Source of the DNA: Kiritimatiellia bacterium
Lineage (GTDB): Bacteria; Verrucomicrobiota; Kiritimatiellia; RFP12; UBA1067
Length of the DNA stretch: 64,000 nucleotides
NCBI GenBank assembly: GCA_017514235.1
Contig: JAFWKK010000001.1
Coordinates: 10,770-74,769, forward strand
Direction of reading: 5' to 3'
Shown piece after piece: positions 9,400-18,305 of the stretch (the stretch's first letter is position 1; each line of letters opens with the position of its first letter). Below the pieces are notes generated by a model. That model searched no databases and was not told the DNA's origin. It saw only the letters and a program-made list of their open reading frames with translations. The translations under genes were made by a program, and so were the position numbers.

Positions 9400-9428
9400 T
9401 TGCGCGGCAGAAGAATTTTTGATATACT
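9400..9428 (+). promoter_or_regulatory. Sigma70-type promoter of the S10 operon
   Basis: TTGCGC (9400-9405), 17-nt spacer, TATACT (9423-9428) with extended -10 TG. Confidence 0.8.
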
Positions 9429-9433
9429 TTACA

Positions 9434-9660
9434 CATTCTTCGCAAGAGAAGATGGTCGCGATACGGGCGAGTAGATCCCGTCGCGTCGTGGCCGCAGGGC
9501 AGCGCCCGCGGTCATGGTGTGATCGCGGGCAGCTTTTTTTACGGGGATGCTGCGAGGGGACACAACCGCGCGCGGAGCGCCTTCCGAAGGGCTTCCGGCG
9601 GCAACTCCGGGTGGAGCCCGCCGAGGGTGCGGTCGTCGAGTCGCAGGGTACGAGAAATAA
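9434..9660 (+). ncRNA. Putative structured cis-regulatory leader RNA of the S10 operon
   Basis: Several hand-identified stems between the promoter and rpsJ: GCAA-loop hairpin, 9454-9461/9486-9493, terminator, and a three-way junction at 9550-9646. Confidence 0.6.
9504..9540 (+). terminator. Intrinsic terminator (attenuator) within the S10 leader
   Basis: 11-bp stem GCCCGCGGTCA/TGATCGCGGGC with a 5-nt loop, then AGC and T7. Confidence 0.75.
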
Positions 9661-9672
9661 GGAAAGAACAAG

Positions 9673-9981
9673 ATGCAACAGCAGAGAGTGCGCATCCGCC
9701 TGCAGGCATACGACCATCGTGTGCTTGACCAGGCCGTCGGTGGGATCATCGACACGGCCAGGGGAACGGGTGCGCAGGTTGTGGGGCCGATTCCGCTGCC
9801 GACGCGCGTCGAGCGGTACACGGTCAACCGTTCGCCCAACGTCGACAAGAAGTCGATGGATCAGTTCGAGATGCGCACGCACAAGCGGCTTCTCGACATC
9901 GTGAACCCGACGGCGCAGACTATCGACGAGCTGAAGAAGCTCAACCTGCCGGCGGGCGTGGACATCACCATCAAGGTCTGA
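9673..9981 (+). CDS. rpsJ: 30S ribosomal protein S10
   Basis: [33 protein letters not shown]. Confidence 0.98.
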   Translation: MQQQRVRIRLQAYDHRVLDQAVGGIIDTARGTGAQVVGPIPLPTRVERYTVNRSPNVDKKSMDQFEMRTHKRLLDIVNPTAQTIDELKKLNLPAGVDITIKV

Positions 9982-9993
9982 CGGGAGGGTGTC

Positions 9994-10662
9994 ATGGAAG
10001 GTTTGATCGGCAAAAAGATCGGCATGACCCAGGTGTTCGACGCTGAGGGCCGTCGCATGTGCGTGACGGTGCTCGAGGTCGGTCCCTGTCCGGTCGTGCA
10101 GCTTAAGACTCTCGAGCGCGACGGGTACGTTGCGGCTCAGCTCGGTTTCGGCGAGCAGAAGGCGAAGCGACTGACCAAGGCTGTCTGCGGCCACCAGGAG
10201 AAGACCGGCGGGCTGAAGGACAAGAAGGTGCGTGTGCTGCGCGAGTTCGCGCCTGACGCCGGCGAGGAGGTCAAGGTAGGCGACGTGCTTACGGTGGCTA
10301 ACTTCGAGGGCGTCAAGTTCGTCGACGTGACGGGCGTGACGAAGGGCAAGGGTTTTGCCGGCGTCTTGAAGCGCTACAACTTCGCTGGCGGCAACATGAC
10401 GCACGGCGGCCACTCTAAGCGCCGCACGGGCGGCCTTGCCGCGCGCGACCTGCCGGGTTGGATCGAGAAGGGCAAGAAGATGCCCGGCCACATGGGTGCG
10501 GTCAACCGCAAGGCTGTCAACCTCGAGGTGGTGCAGGTCCGTCCGGACGACAACGCCCTGCTGGTGAAGGGTTCGGTTCCCGGCGCCCGCAACGGCATCG
10601 TGTTCGTCCGCAAGTCCCTCAAGAACAACGTGATCGCCGCGAAGGCGAAGAAGGGGGCGTAA
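9994..10662 (+). CDS. rplC: 50S ribosomal protein L3
   Basis: [45 protein letters not shown]. Confidence 0.98.
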   Translation: MEGLIGKKIGMTQVFDAEGRRMCVTVLEVGPCPVVQLKTLERDGYVAAQLGFGEQKAKRLTKAVCGHQEKTGGLKDKKVRVLREFAPDAGEEVKVGDVLTVANFEGVKFVDVTGVTKGKGFAGVLKRYNFAGGNMTHGGHSKRRTGGLAARDLPGWIEKGKKMPGHMGAVNRKAVNLEVVQVRPDDNALLVKGSVPGARNGIVFVRKSLKNNVIAAKAKKGA

Positions 10663-10668
10663 GTAGCC

Positions 10669-11262
10669 ATGAAGAAGATCGAGACAGTCTTCGACAAGTC
10701 TGCGCTGACGCTCGACAGGGGCGCGCAGGCGGTCAAGGACGTGGTGACGGCGATCCGCAATGCGCGGCGCGCGGGCACGGCGTCAACCAAGAGCAAGGGC
10801 GAGGTCGCGGGTTCGAACAAGAAGCCTTGGAAGCAGAAGGGCACGGGCAATGCCCGCGCCGGCTTCCGCCAGTCGCCGGTGTGGCGTGGCGGCGGCGTGG
10901 CGCACGGGCCGCATCCGCGCTCGTTCGCGCAGAAGGTGAACAAGAAAGTTGTGGCGCTGGCATTCGCGAGGGCGGTTTCCGACCGTCTTGCGGAGGGCGA
11001 TGTGATTGTCGTGGACAAGTTCGAGTTCGAGGCGCCGAAGACGCGGCTGATGGCGAAGTTCCTGAAGGAGCTAGGCGTCGACCGCACGGCGGTGATCGTG
11101 CAGCGCGACGTCGACGAGACGGTGTTCCTCACGATGCGCAACCTTCCGGGCATCGACTATTCCACGGCCGGATCGCTTGACGTGTACACGGTTCTCGCGA
11201 ACCGCAAGCTGGTCTGCGACAAGGACGGTTTCGACGCGCTCTTGGCGCGCATCACGAAGTGA
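10669..11262 (+). CDS. rplD: 50S ribosomal protein L4
   Basis: RAGTASTKSKGEV, KKPWKQKGTGNARAG, SPVWRGGGVAHGP. Confidence 0.97.
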   Translation: MKKIETVFDKSALTLDRGAQAVKDVVTAIRNARRAGTASTKSKGEVAGSNKKPWKQKGTGNARAGFRQSPVWRGGGVAHGPHPRSFAQKVNKKVVALAFARAVSDRLAEGDVIVVDKFEFEAPKTRLMAKFLKELGVDRTAVIVQRDVDETVFLTMRNLPGIDYSTAGSLDVYTVLANRKLVCDKDGFDALLARITK

Positions 11263-11275
11263 AGGAGCATGCGTC

Positions 11276-11578
11276 ATGACTAAGGCAGAACTCAAGGCCA
11301 AGACCGAGGGCGTCATTCTCGACGTGCTGATCACAGAGAAGGGCTCCCGCATGTCTGCGGAGGGCCGCTACCTGCTGGAGGTCGCGCCCGACGCCCGCAA
11401 GCCGCAGATCGCGGCGGCAGCGGAGAAGGCGTTCGGCGTGCATGTGCTTGCCGTGCGCACGGCGAACATGAAGGGCGGCCTTCGCTTCGTCCGCGGCACG
11501 CGTCGTCAGGTGCGCGAGACCACCTGGAAGAAGGCGATCGTCACCGTCAAGGAGGGCGAGCGCATCGAGCTCGCATAA
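11276..11578 (+). CDS. rplW: 50S ribosomal protein L23
   Basis: LITEK, KPQIAAAAEKAFGV, WKKAIVT; AAGGAG SD before ATG 11276; synteny. Confidence 0.93.
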   Translation: MTKAELKAKTEGVILDVLITEKGSRMSAEGRYLLEVAPDARKPQIAAAAEKAFGVHVLAVRTANMKGGLRFVRGTRRQVRETTWKKAIVTVKEGERIELA

Positions 11579-11596
11579 AGAGGGAGACCGACCAAT

Positions 11597-12421
11597 ATGG
11601 CACTTAAGACCTACAAGCCCCGTTCGAGCGGCATCCGCTTCCGCGAGTCCGCTACGTTCGAGGAGATCACCGAGAAGCGTCCGGTGAAATCGCTTACGAA
11701 GGCGCTCCGCAAGAAGGCGGGCCGCAACAACCAGGGGCGCATCACGGTCCGCCACAGGGGCGGCGGCGCGAAGCAGCGCATCAGGATAGTCGACTTCAAG
11801 CGCCGCAAGTTCGGCGTCGAGGCGACGGTGAAGGACATCGCGTACGATCCCACGCGCAGCGCGTACCTGGCGCTCGTGGAGTACGCAGACGGCGTGAAGA
11901 GCTACATTCTCGCTCCCGACGGCCTGAAGCGGGGCATGAAGGTGATGAGCGGCCCGAAGGCCGAGGCGACGCTGGGCAACTGCCTGCCGCTGTCTCAGAT
12001 TCCACTCGGGCTGGTGGTTCATGCGGTTGAGCTCGTGCCCGGGCAGGGAGCGAAGGTTTGCCGGTCGGCCGGCAACTCCTGCCAGGTGATGGCGCGTGAC
12101 GGTGGCCGCGTGACGCTCAAGATGCCGTCCGGCGAAATCCGCATATTTGACGGACGTTGCCTTGCTTGCGTTGGCTCCGTCGGCAACAAGGACTGGGGTT
12201 CGATCAAGCTTGGCACGGCCGGTCGCAAGCGCCACCTGGGCATTCGTCCGACTGTGCGCGGCGTCGCCATGAACCCTGTCGACCACCCGATGGGCGGCGG
12301 CGAGGGCCGCACGTCCGGCGGTTCGCACCCGTGTTCGCCGTGGGGCAAGCTCGCGAAGGGCGGCAAGACGCGCGCGAAGCGGAAGGCCTCGAACAAGGTG
12401 ATCGTCAAGAGGAGGAAATAA
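11597..12421 (+). CDS. rplB: 50S ribosomal protein L2
   Basis: GRNNQGRITVRHRGGG, RPTVRGVAMNPVDHPMGGGEG. Confidence 0.99.
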   Translation: MALKTYKPRSSGIRFRESATFEEITEKRPVKSLTKALRKKAGRNNQGRITVRHRGGGAKQRIRIVDFKRRKFGVEATVKDIAYDPTRSAYLALVEYADGVKSYILAPDGLKRGMKVMSGPKAEATLGNCLPLSQIPLGLVVHAVELVPGQGAKVCRSAGNSCQVMARDGGRVTLKMPSGEIRIFDGRCLACVGSVGNKDWGSIKLGTAGRKRHLGIRPTVRGVAMNPVDHPMGGGEGRTSGGSHPCSPWGKLAKGGKTRAKRKASNKVIVKRRK

Positions 12422-12424
12422 TCC

Positions 12425-12703
12425 ATGGCACGTTCTCTCAAGAAGGGCCCTTATGTCGAGGAAAGCCTCCTCCGCAGGGTCGAGAAGATGAAAGCGAGCG
12501 GCAAGAAGCAGCCGATCAAGACGTGGAGCCGCCGGTCGATGGTGATTCCTGACTTTGTCGGCCTCACGTTTGCGATCCATAACGGCCGGCAGCACATGCC
12601 GATCTTCATCACGGAAAACATGGTCGGCCACCGGCTCGGCGAGTTCGCCCCGACGCGCACGTTCAAGTCGCACGGCAACAGCGTGGCGAAGGCCGAGAAG
12701 TAA
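12425..12703 (+). CDS. rpsS: 30S ribosomal protein S19
   Basis: [30 protein letters not shown]. Confidence 0.99.
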   Translation: MARSLKKGPYVEESLLRRVEKMKASGKKQPIKTWSRRSMVIPDFVGLTFAIHNGRQHMPIFITENMVGHRLGEFAPTRTFKSHGNSVAKAEK

Positions 12704-12713
12704 GGAGTAGACA

Positions 12714-13073
12714 ATGGAAGTCATCGCCATTACCCGCAATGCGCGCATGTCGGCCTTCAAGGGCCGGCCGCTCTGCCGCGCGTGCCAGGGCCTCGCGGCC
12801 TCCGAGGCGCTGAAGGTCGTCGAGTTCTCGCCGAAGAAGGCGGCCGAAATCATCCGCAAGACGCTTAAGAGCGCCATGGCGAATGCCGCGAACAACAACG
12901 GCGTCGCCGACGCTGGTGCGCTTACCGTGAAGCTGTGTGTGCTCGACGAGTCGGTGCGGATGCGCCGCTACTGGCCGACGGCCCGCGGCTCCGCGCATCC
13001 GATCGCCCGCCGCATGTGCCACTGCAAGGTCGTTCTTACGGACGAGAAGAAGGTCAAGAAGGAGAAGAAATAA
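12714..13073 (+). CDS. rplV: 50S ribosomal protein L22
   Basis: ARMSAFK, KTLKSAMANA, PTARG; synteny. Confidence 0.95.
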   Translation: MEVIAITRNARMSAFKGRPLCRACQGLAASEALKVVEFSPKKAAEIIRKTLKSAMANAANNNGVADAGALTVKLCVLDESVRMRRYWPTARGSAHPIARRMCHCKVVLTDEKKVKKEKK

Positions 13074-13768
13074 TGGGACAGAAAGTAAATCCCGTCGGTT
13101 TCCGCGTTGGCGTCAACCACGCCTGGGGCAGCCGTTGGTTCGCGCCCAAGAAGTCCTTCGGCGCGTTCCTTGTGGAGGATCAGCGCATCCGCGACCTCTG
13201 CAAGAAGCGGCTTGTCGAGGCCGGCATCTCCCGGATCATGATCGAGCGTTACGCTAACCGCGTGCGCGTCACCCTCTTCAGCGCCCGTCCGGGCGTGATC
13301 ATCGGCCGCAAGGGCGGTGACGTCGAGGCGACGCGTGACGAGCTGTCAAAGATGACCGGCAAGGAGGTCTACCTTGAGGTCAAGGAGGTCCAGGGAGCCG
13401 ATGCAGACGCGCAGCTCGTGGCCGAGTCGATTGCGCTGCAGCTCGAGCGCCGCATCATGCTCAAGAGGGCGATGAAGCGCGCGATGAAGGTTGCGATGGA
13501 CATGGGTGTGGACGGCATCAAGATCCATGCCGGCGGCCGCATCAACGGCGCGGAGATCGCGCGCGTCGAATGGTCCCGCGAGGGCAAGGTGCCGCTTCAC
13601 ACGCTTCGCGCGAACATCGACTACGGTTTCGCGGAGGCCAACACCACGGCCGGCAAGATCGGTCTGAAGGTGTGGATATGCAAGAAGGAAGGGTTCCAGG
13701 CCCGTCCGCCCCGCGGCGATCGCCGCGGCGACCGGCGTGAGCGCGGGGACCGCAAGGAGGGTCGGTAA
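13073..13768 (+). CDS. rpsC: 30S ribosomal protein S3
   Basis: MGQKVNPVGFRVG, ARPGVIIGRKG, GKVPLHTLRANIDYG; TAATG coupling. Confidence 0.98.
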   Translation: MGQKVNPVGFRVGVNHAWGSRWFAPKKSFGAFLVEDQRIRDLCKKRLVEAGISRIMIERYANRVRVTLFSARPGVIIGRKGGDVEATRDELSKMTGKEVYLEVKEVQGADADAQLVAESIALQLERRIMLKRAMKRAMKVAMDMGVDGIKIHAGGRINGAEIARVEWSREGKVPLHTLRANIDYGFAEANTTAGKIGLKVWICKKEGFQARPPRGDRRGDRRERGDRKEGR

Positions 13769-13771
13769 GCC

Positions 13772-14194
13772 ATGCCTTTGATGCCCAAGAGAGTCAAGTA
13801 CCGCAAGGTCTCCAAGGGGAATCGCGCGGGATATGCAACGTCGGGCACGGAGCTCGCATACGGCGAGTTCGGCCTTAAGGCGCTGACGCGCGGTCTCCTG
13901 ACGGCCACGCAGATCGAGGCGTGCCGCGTCGCGATCAACCGTGAGATGAAGCGCAAGGGGAAGCTCTGGATACGCATCTTCCCCGACAAGCCCGTCACGC
14001 GCAAGCCGATAGAGGTGCGCATGGGCGGAGGAAAGGGCAACCCGGAGTTCTGGGCGGCCGTAATCCTCCCAGGGAAGGTCCTCTTCGAGGTCGGGGGCGT
14101 CAGCGAGGAGGTCGCCAAGGAGTGCCTCCGTCTGGCGGCGACCAAGATCGGAATCCACACGAAATTCATCACCCGCGCAGGAGTAAAGATCTGA
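13772..14194 (+). CDS. rplP: 50S ribosomal protein L16
   Basis: [33 protein letters not shown]. Confidence 0.98.
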   Translation: MPLMPKRVKYRKVSKGNRAGYATSGTELAYGEFGLKALTRGLLTATQIEACRVAINREMKRKGKLWIRIFPDKPVTRKPIEVRMGGGKGNPEFWAAVILPGKVLFEVGGVSEEVAKECLRLAATKIGIHTKFITRAGVKI

Positions 14195-14454
14195 TGAGCA
14201 CGGAAATCAGCAGCCGCGGTGCGCGCAAGGTGCGCAAGGGCGTGGTCGTATCGCGGATGGGCGCGAAGAGCGTCAAGGTCGCGGTCTCGTACCGCGAGCG
14301 TCACCCGATGTACGGCAAGGTCGTCACGCGCACTAAGAACTACCATGTGCACGACGAGGCCGACACGGCCAAGGTCGGGGACACGGTGACCATCATGGAA
14401 ACGCGTCCGATGAGCGCCACGAAGCGTTGGCGCATCGTCGCGGACGCGAAGTAA
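14194..14454 (+). CDS. rpsQ: 30S ribosomal protein S17
   Basis: GVVVSRMGAKSV, HPMYGK, HVHDE, GDTVTIMETRPMSATKRW; TGATG coupling to rplP. Confidence 0.97.
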   Translation: MSTEISSRGARKVRKGVVVSRMGAKSVKVAVSYRERHPMYGKVVTRTKNYHVHDEADTAKVGDTVTIMETRPMSATKRWRIVADAK

Positions 14455-14470
14455 GCAAGGAGAAGCCGAC

Positions 14471-14836
14471 ATGCTTCAGGAACTCTCCAATCTCGTAGTG
14501 GCGGATAACACTGGCGCCAAGCGTGCGATGTGTTTCCGTATTCTCAAGCAGCGCAAGGAGTACGCCCATCTCGGGGACGTGATCCGCGTTGCGATAAAGG
14601 AGGCTTCGCCGACCTCGTCCGTAAAGAAGGGCTCGGTCGCGACCGCCGTCATCATACGCACGGGCCAGCCGATCCGCAGGGAGGACGGCTCGATGGTCCA
14701 CTTCGACCAGAACGCGTGCGTCCTCGTCGACTCGAAGCTCAACCCGATCGGGACCCGCGTGTTCGGGCCGGTCGCCCGCGAGCTCCGCGAGAAGAACTAC
14801 ATGAAGATACTCTCGATGGCCCCGGAAGTGGTCTGA
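14471..14836 (+). CDS. rplN: 50S ribosomal protein L14
   Basis: VADNTGAK, FDQNACV, GTRVFGPVARELR, SMAPEVV. Confidence 0.98.
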   Translation: MLQELSNLVVADNTGAKRAMCFRILKQRKEYAHLGDVIRVAIKEASPTSSVKKGSVATAVIIRTGQPIRREDGSMVHFDQNACVLVDSKLNPIGTRVFGPVARELREKNYMKILSMAPEVV

Positions 14837-14850
14837 GAAGGAGCAACGAA

Positions 14851-15162
14851 ATGTCACTCGCAAGAATCAGGAAGAACGACACCGTGATCGTGACCTGCGG
14901 CAATGACGCGGGCAAGACCGGCACGGTATTGAGCGTGAACGCAAAGAAGGGCACGGCGATAGTGGGCGGCATAAACGTCCACAAGAAGGCGGTGCGCCGT
15001 ACCGAGAAGACCGCTGGCGGCCTCATTGAACGGGAGTTCCCGATCCGCATAAGCAAGCTCATGCCTTACGACGCCGAGAAGAAGGCGGGCACGCGCGTCA
15101 GGGTGGGCGACAAGGAGGGCAAGAAGGCCCGTCTCTCCGTCAAGAGCGGGAAGCCCCTCTAA
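14851..15162 (+). CDS. rplX: 50S ribosomal protein L24
   Basis: KOW motif IRKNDTVIVTCGNDAGKTGTV; AAGGAG SD; synteny. Confidence 0.96.
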   Translation: MSLARIRKNDTVIVTCGNDAGKTGTVLSVNAKKGTAIVGGINVHKKAVRRTEKTAGGLIEREFPIRISKLMPYDAEKKAGTRVRVGDKEGKKARLSVKSGKPL

Positions 15163-15180
15163 GGAAGGAACTAAACTGTC

Positions 15181-15714
15181 ATGGCAAGACTGAAAGACGA
15201 ATACGCGAACCGCATGGTGGCAGAGCTCGAGAAGAAGCTCGGCATCACCAACCGTATGCTCGTTCCGCGCCTCCAGAAGATCGTCATCAACATGGGCTTC
15301 GGCATCGTCTCCAAGGACGAGCAGAAGACGCTAGTGGACGACCTCGCTACCATCACCGGCCAGAAACCGATGCTTTGCCGCGCGAAGAAGTCGATCTCGA
15401 ACTTCAAGCTGCGCGAGGGCATGGTCATCGGCGCGAAGGTCACCCTGCGCGGCATGCGCATGTGGGAGTTCGCCGACCGCCTTATCTCGGCGGCGCTGCC
15501 CCGCATCCGCGACTTCCGCGGGGTTCCCAACCGCGGCTTCGACGGCGCCGGCAACTATACGCTCGGCATCAAGGAGCACACGATCTTCCCGGAGCTCGTG
15601 GATTCCGCAGTTCACTCCGGAATGGACGTCACGTTCGTGACCTCGTCCACCGACAACGCGGCCTGCAGGGAGCTTCTCGTCTCCATGGGCATGCCGTTCG
15701 CAGGAAGGAGCTAA
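15181..15714 (+). CDS. rplE: 50S ribosomal protein L5
   Basis: VPRLQKIVINMG, AKKSISNFKLREG, LPRIRDFRG, FDGAGNYTLG. Confidence 0.98.
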   Translation: MARLKDEYANRMVAELEKKLGITNRMLVPRLQKIVINMGFGIVSKDEQKTLVDDLATITGQKPMLCRAKKSISNFKLREGMVIGAKVTLRGMRMWEFADRLISAALPRIRDFRGVPNRGFDGAGNYTLGIKEHTIFPELVDSAVHSGMDVTFVTSSTDNAACRELLVSMGMPFAGRS

Positions 15715-15717
15715 GTC

Positions 15718-15903
15718 ATGGCCAAGAAGTGCCTCATCGAAAAGCAGAAGCGCACGCCGAAGTTCAAGGTCCGCGCCTACAACCGCTGCCAGCGCTGCGG
15801 GCGGCGTCACGCCTACCTCCGCAAGTTCGGCGTCTGCCGTCTCTGTTTCCGCGAGCTCGCTGTCGCCGGCCTCGTGCCCGGCGTGACAAAGGCATCGTGG
15901 TAA
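15718..15903 (+). CDS. rpsN: 30S ribosomal protein S14 type Z (zinc-binding, 61 aa)
   Basis: RCQRCGR...CRLCFRELA...PGVTKASW. Confidence 0.97.
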   Translation: MAKKCLIEKQKRTPKFKVRAYNRCQRCGRRHAYLRKFGVCRLCFRELAVAGLVPGVTKASW

Positions 15904-15928
15904 CGAAAGAAGAAAAGGAGTCCAGCAC

Positions 15929-16321
15929 ATGTCCATAGATCCCATTTCCGACATGCTCACGACGATCCGCAACGGTCTGAAGGCCCGCCTTTTCTCCGTG
16001 GAGACCCCGGCGAGCGGACTGAAGGGCGAAATCGCCCGCGTCATGAAGGAGGCCGGCTACATCGCCGACGCCGTCACGACGTCAGAGTTCCCGAAGCGGC
16101 TCGTGATCACGCTGAAGTACACGGAGCGGGCCATGCCCGCCATAACGGAGCTCAAGCGCATCTCAAAGCCCGGCCTGCGCCGGTTCGTCTCGGTTCCCGA
16201 GATACCGTCCGTCCTCGACGGAATGGGCCTTGCGATCCTCTCCACCTCGAAGGGCGTCATGTCCGGCACTGAGGCGAAGAAGGCCCGCATTGGCGGGGAG
16301 CTCATCTGCACCGTAGCTTAA
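15929..16321 (+). CDS. rpsH: 30S ribosomal protein S8
   Basis: DPISDMLTTIRN, RISKPGLR, ILSTSKGVM, GGELIC. Confidence 0.98.
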   Translation: MSIDPISDMLTTIRNGLKARLFSVETPASGLKGEIARVMKEAGYIADAVTTSEFPKRLVITLKYTERAMPAITELKRISKPGLRRFVSVPEIPSVLDGMGLAILSTSKGVMSGTEAKKARIGGELICTVA

Positions 16322-16340
16322 GTAAGAGGAGTCCAAGACA

Positions 16341-16877
16341 ATGTCTCGAATCGGCAAGGAACCCGTCACGATCGCGGAAGGCGTAACCGTCTCCGTCGAC
16401 GGCCAGAAGGTGACGGTGAAGGGGAAGCTCGGGGAGCTTTCCTATACGATGCATGAAGGCATCACGGCGAAAGCGGAAGACGGCCGTATCGTCGTCTCGT
16501 GCGCAGATGACGCAACGCTCGGCAACTTCCACGGCCTCGCCCGCGCACTGATTCACAACATGGTGGTCGGCGTGTCTGCGGGCTACAAGAAGCAGCTATC
16601 GATCGAAGGAACAGGCTTCAAGGCCGTGCTCAAGGGCAAGGAGCTTGCGCTCTCCCTGGGCTTTGCCTCGCCTAAGATATTTGCGGTGCCGGACGGCATC
16701 ACATGCACCGTCGAGAACGACGGCCTCCAGGTGACGCTGACCGGCGTCGACAAGGCGCTCGTCGGCGAGTCTGCGGCGCGCATCCGCGCGTACTACCCGG
16801 CCGAACCCTACAAGGGCAAGGGCATCAAGTACGTCGGCGAGCACATCCGCCGCAAACAAGGAAAGAAGGTGGCCTAA
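16341..16877 (+). CDS. rplF: 50S ribosomal protein L6
   Basis: MSRIGKEP, GLARALIHNMVVGVS, EPYKGKGIKY. Confidence 0.98.
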   Translation: MSRIGKEPVTIAEGVTVSVDGQKVTVKGKLGELSYTMHEGITAKAEDGRIVVSCADDATLGNFHGLARALIHNMVVGVSAGYKKQLSIEGTGFKAVLKGKELALSLGFASPKIFAVPDGITCTVENDGLQVTLTGVDKALVGESAARIRAYYPAEPYKGKGIKYVGEHIRRKQGKKVA

Positions 16878-17242
16878 TGAGCTTCAACCGCAAGGTACAG
16901 CGCCAGAAGCGGCATCTCCGCCTGCGTCAGCGCATCGTCGGCACGGCAGCGCGTCCACGCCTGTCGATCTGCATCACGAACAAGCACATGTACGTGCAGT
17001 TCATCGACGACGATGCCGGTCGCACTCTCGCTCAGGCGAACAGCCTGAAGGACGAGCACGCCAACCTCGCCACAGCCAAGGCGCTCGGCGCCGCGGCGGC
17101 CGAGGCCGCGAAGTCCGCAGGCATTTCGACCGTTGTCGTCGACCGCGGCGGCAACAAGTATACGGGCCGCGTCGCGGCAATCGTCGAGGCCGTCGTGGAG
17201 GCGGGCCTCTCCATCCGCACCAAGAAAGAGGAGAATCGGTAA
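16877..17242 (+). CDS. rplR: 50S ribosomal protein L18
   Basis: RHLRLR, RPRLS, HMYVQFIDD, VVDRGGNKYTGRV; TAATG coupling. Confidence 0.97.
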   Translation: MSFNRKVQRQKRHLRLRQRIVGTAARPRLSICITNKHMYVQFIDDDAGRTLAQANSLKDEHANLATAKALGAAAAEAAKSAGISTVVVDRGGNKYTGRVAAIVEAVVEAGLSIRTKKEENR

Positions 17243-17244
17243 CA

Positions 17245-17739
17245 ATGGCTTTCAATCGCGACAAGCGTTCCGACGCGGGTGCCGAGGACAACCTCGACGA
17301 GCATACCGTGTTCATCAACAGGTGCGCCAAGACCGTCAAGGGCGGCCGCCGCATGAGCTTCTCCGCCGTCATCGTGGTCGGTGACAAGGCCGGAAAGGTC
17401 GGCGTGGGTTTCGGCAAGGCCAACGAGGTCGCCGACGCAATCCGCAAAGGCGGCGAGGCTGCCCGCAAGGACATGCGCACGGTCACGTTGCGTGGCAAGA
17501 CCATCCCGCACGACGTCGAGGGTGTCTGTGACGGCGGCCGGGTGATTCTCAAGCCCGCGCCGGACGGCACGGGCCTCATCGTCGGCGGCGGCATGCGCCC
17601 CGTTCTCGAGGCCGTCGGCATACGTGACGCTGTCGGCAAGTCGCTCGGATCCAAGAACCGTCTCAACGTGGTCAAGGCCACTATGAACGCGCTCATGAAG
17701 CTCCGCAGCGCCGAGGAGATCGCGGCGATCAGGGCGTAA
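17245..17739 (+). CDS. rpsE: 30S ribosomal protein S5
   Basis: INRCAKTVKGGRRMSFSA, GFGKANEV, PAPDGTGLIVGG, KSLGSKN. Confidence 0.98.
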   Translation: MAFNRDKRSDAGAEDNLDEHTVFINRCAKTVKGGRRMSFSAVIVVGDKAGKVGVGFGKANEVADAIRKGGEAARKDMRTVTLRGKTIPHDVEGVCDGGRVILKPAPDGTGLIVGGGMRPVLEAVGIRDAVGKSLGSKNRLNVVKATMNALMKLRSAEEIAAIRA

Positions 17740-17768
17740 CGGCGAAAGCCTCGAAAGGAGAACTTGAA

Positions 17769-18206
17769 ATGGAACTCAGCAATCTGACAAACACGCCGGG
17801 AGCACGCAGCCGCCGCAAGCGCGTCGGCCGCGGTTGCGGTTCGGGCATGGGCAAGACCTCCACCCGCGGTCACAAGGGTCAGGCCGCGCGCAAGGGCCAC
17901 AAGCATAAGCTTCAGTTTGAAGGCGGCCAGATGCCGCTCGTCCGCAGGCTGCCGAAGCGCGGTTTCAACAATGCCGCTTTCGCCGCCAAGGCGTTCGGCG
18001 TCAACCTTGCAGAACTTGAGAAGCGGTTCGAAGCCGGGGCCGAAATCACCCTCGCTACTCTTGCGAAGGCCGGCCTTACGGACAACAAGCGCCCGAAGGT
18101 CAAGATACTCGGCACCGGCGAACTGACAAAGAAGTTCACAGTGAAGGTTCCTTGCTCGGCTTCCGCCAAGGCGAAGATCGAGAAGGCCGGCGGCACCGTC
18201 GCCTGA
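17769..18206 (+). CDS. rplO: 50S ribosomal protein L15
   Basis: KRVGRGCGSGMGKTSTRGHKGQ, FEGGQMPLVRRLPKRGF, KIEKAGG. Confidence 0.98.
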   Translation: MELSNLTNTPGARSRRKRVGRGCGSGMGKTSTRGHKGQAARKGHKHKLQFEGGQMPLVRRLPKRGFNNAAFAAKAFGVNLAELEKRFEAGAEITLATLAKAGLTDNKRPKVKILGTGELTKKFTVKVPCSASAKAKIEKAGGTVA

Positions 18207-18224
18207 GACGGTCTCCGACCGCGT

Positions 18225-18272
18225 AAGACGCGAGGCTCCCGGACATGCTCGGGCGTCTCGCGTTTCTTTTTT
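18225..18272 (+). terminator. Intrinsic terminator ending the S10-spc operon after rplO
   Basis: Long imperfect stem ACGCGAGG..CCCG/CGGG..TCTCGCGT followed by TTCTTTTTT. Confidence 0.75.
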
Positions 18273-18305
18273 CGTGTCCCGCTGCAAAGCGAAGGGAGAT
18301 GTGAC

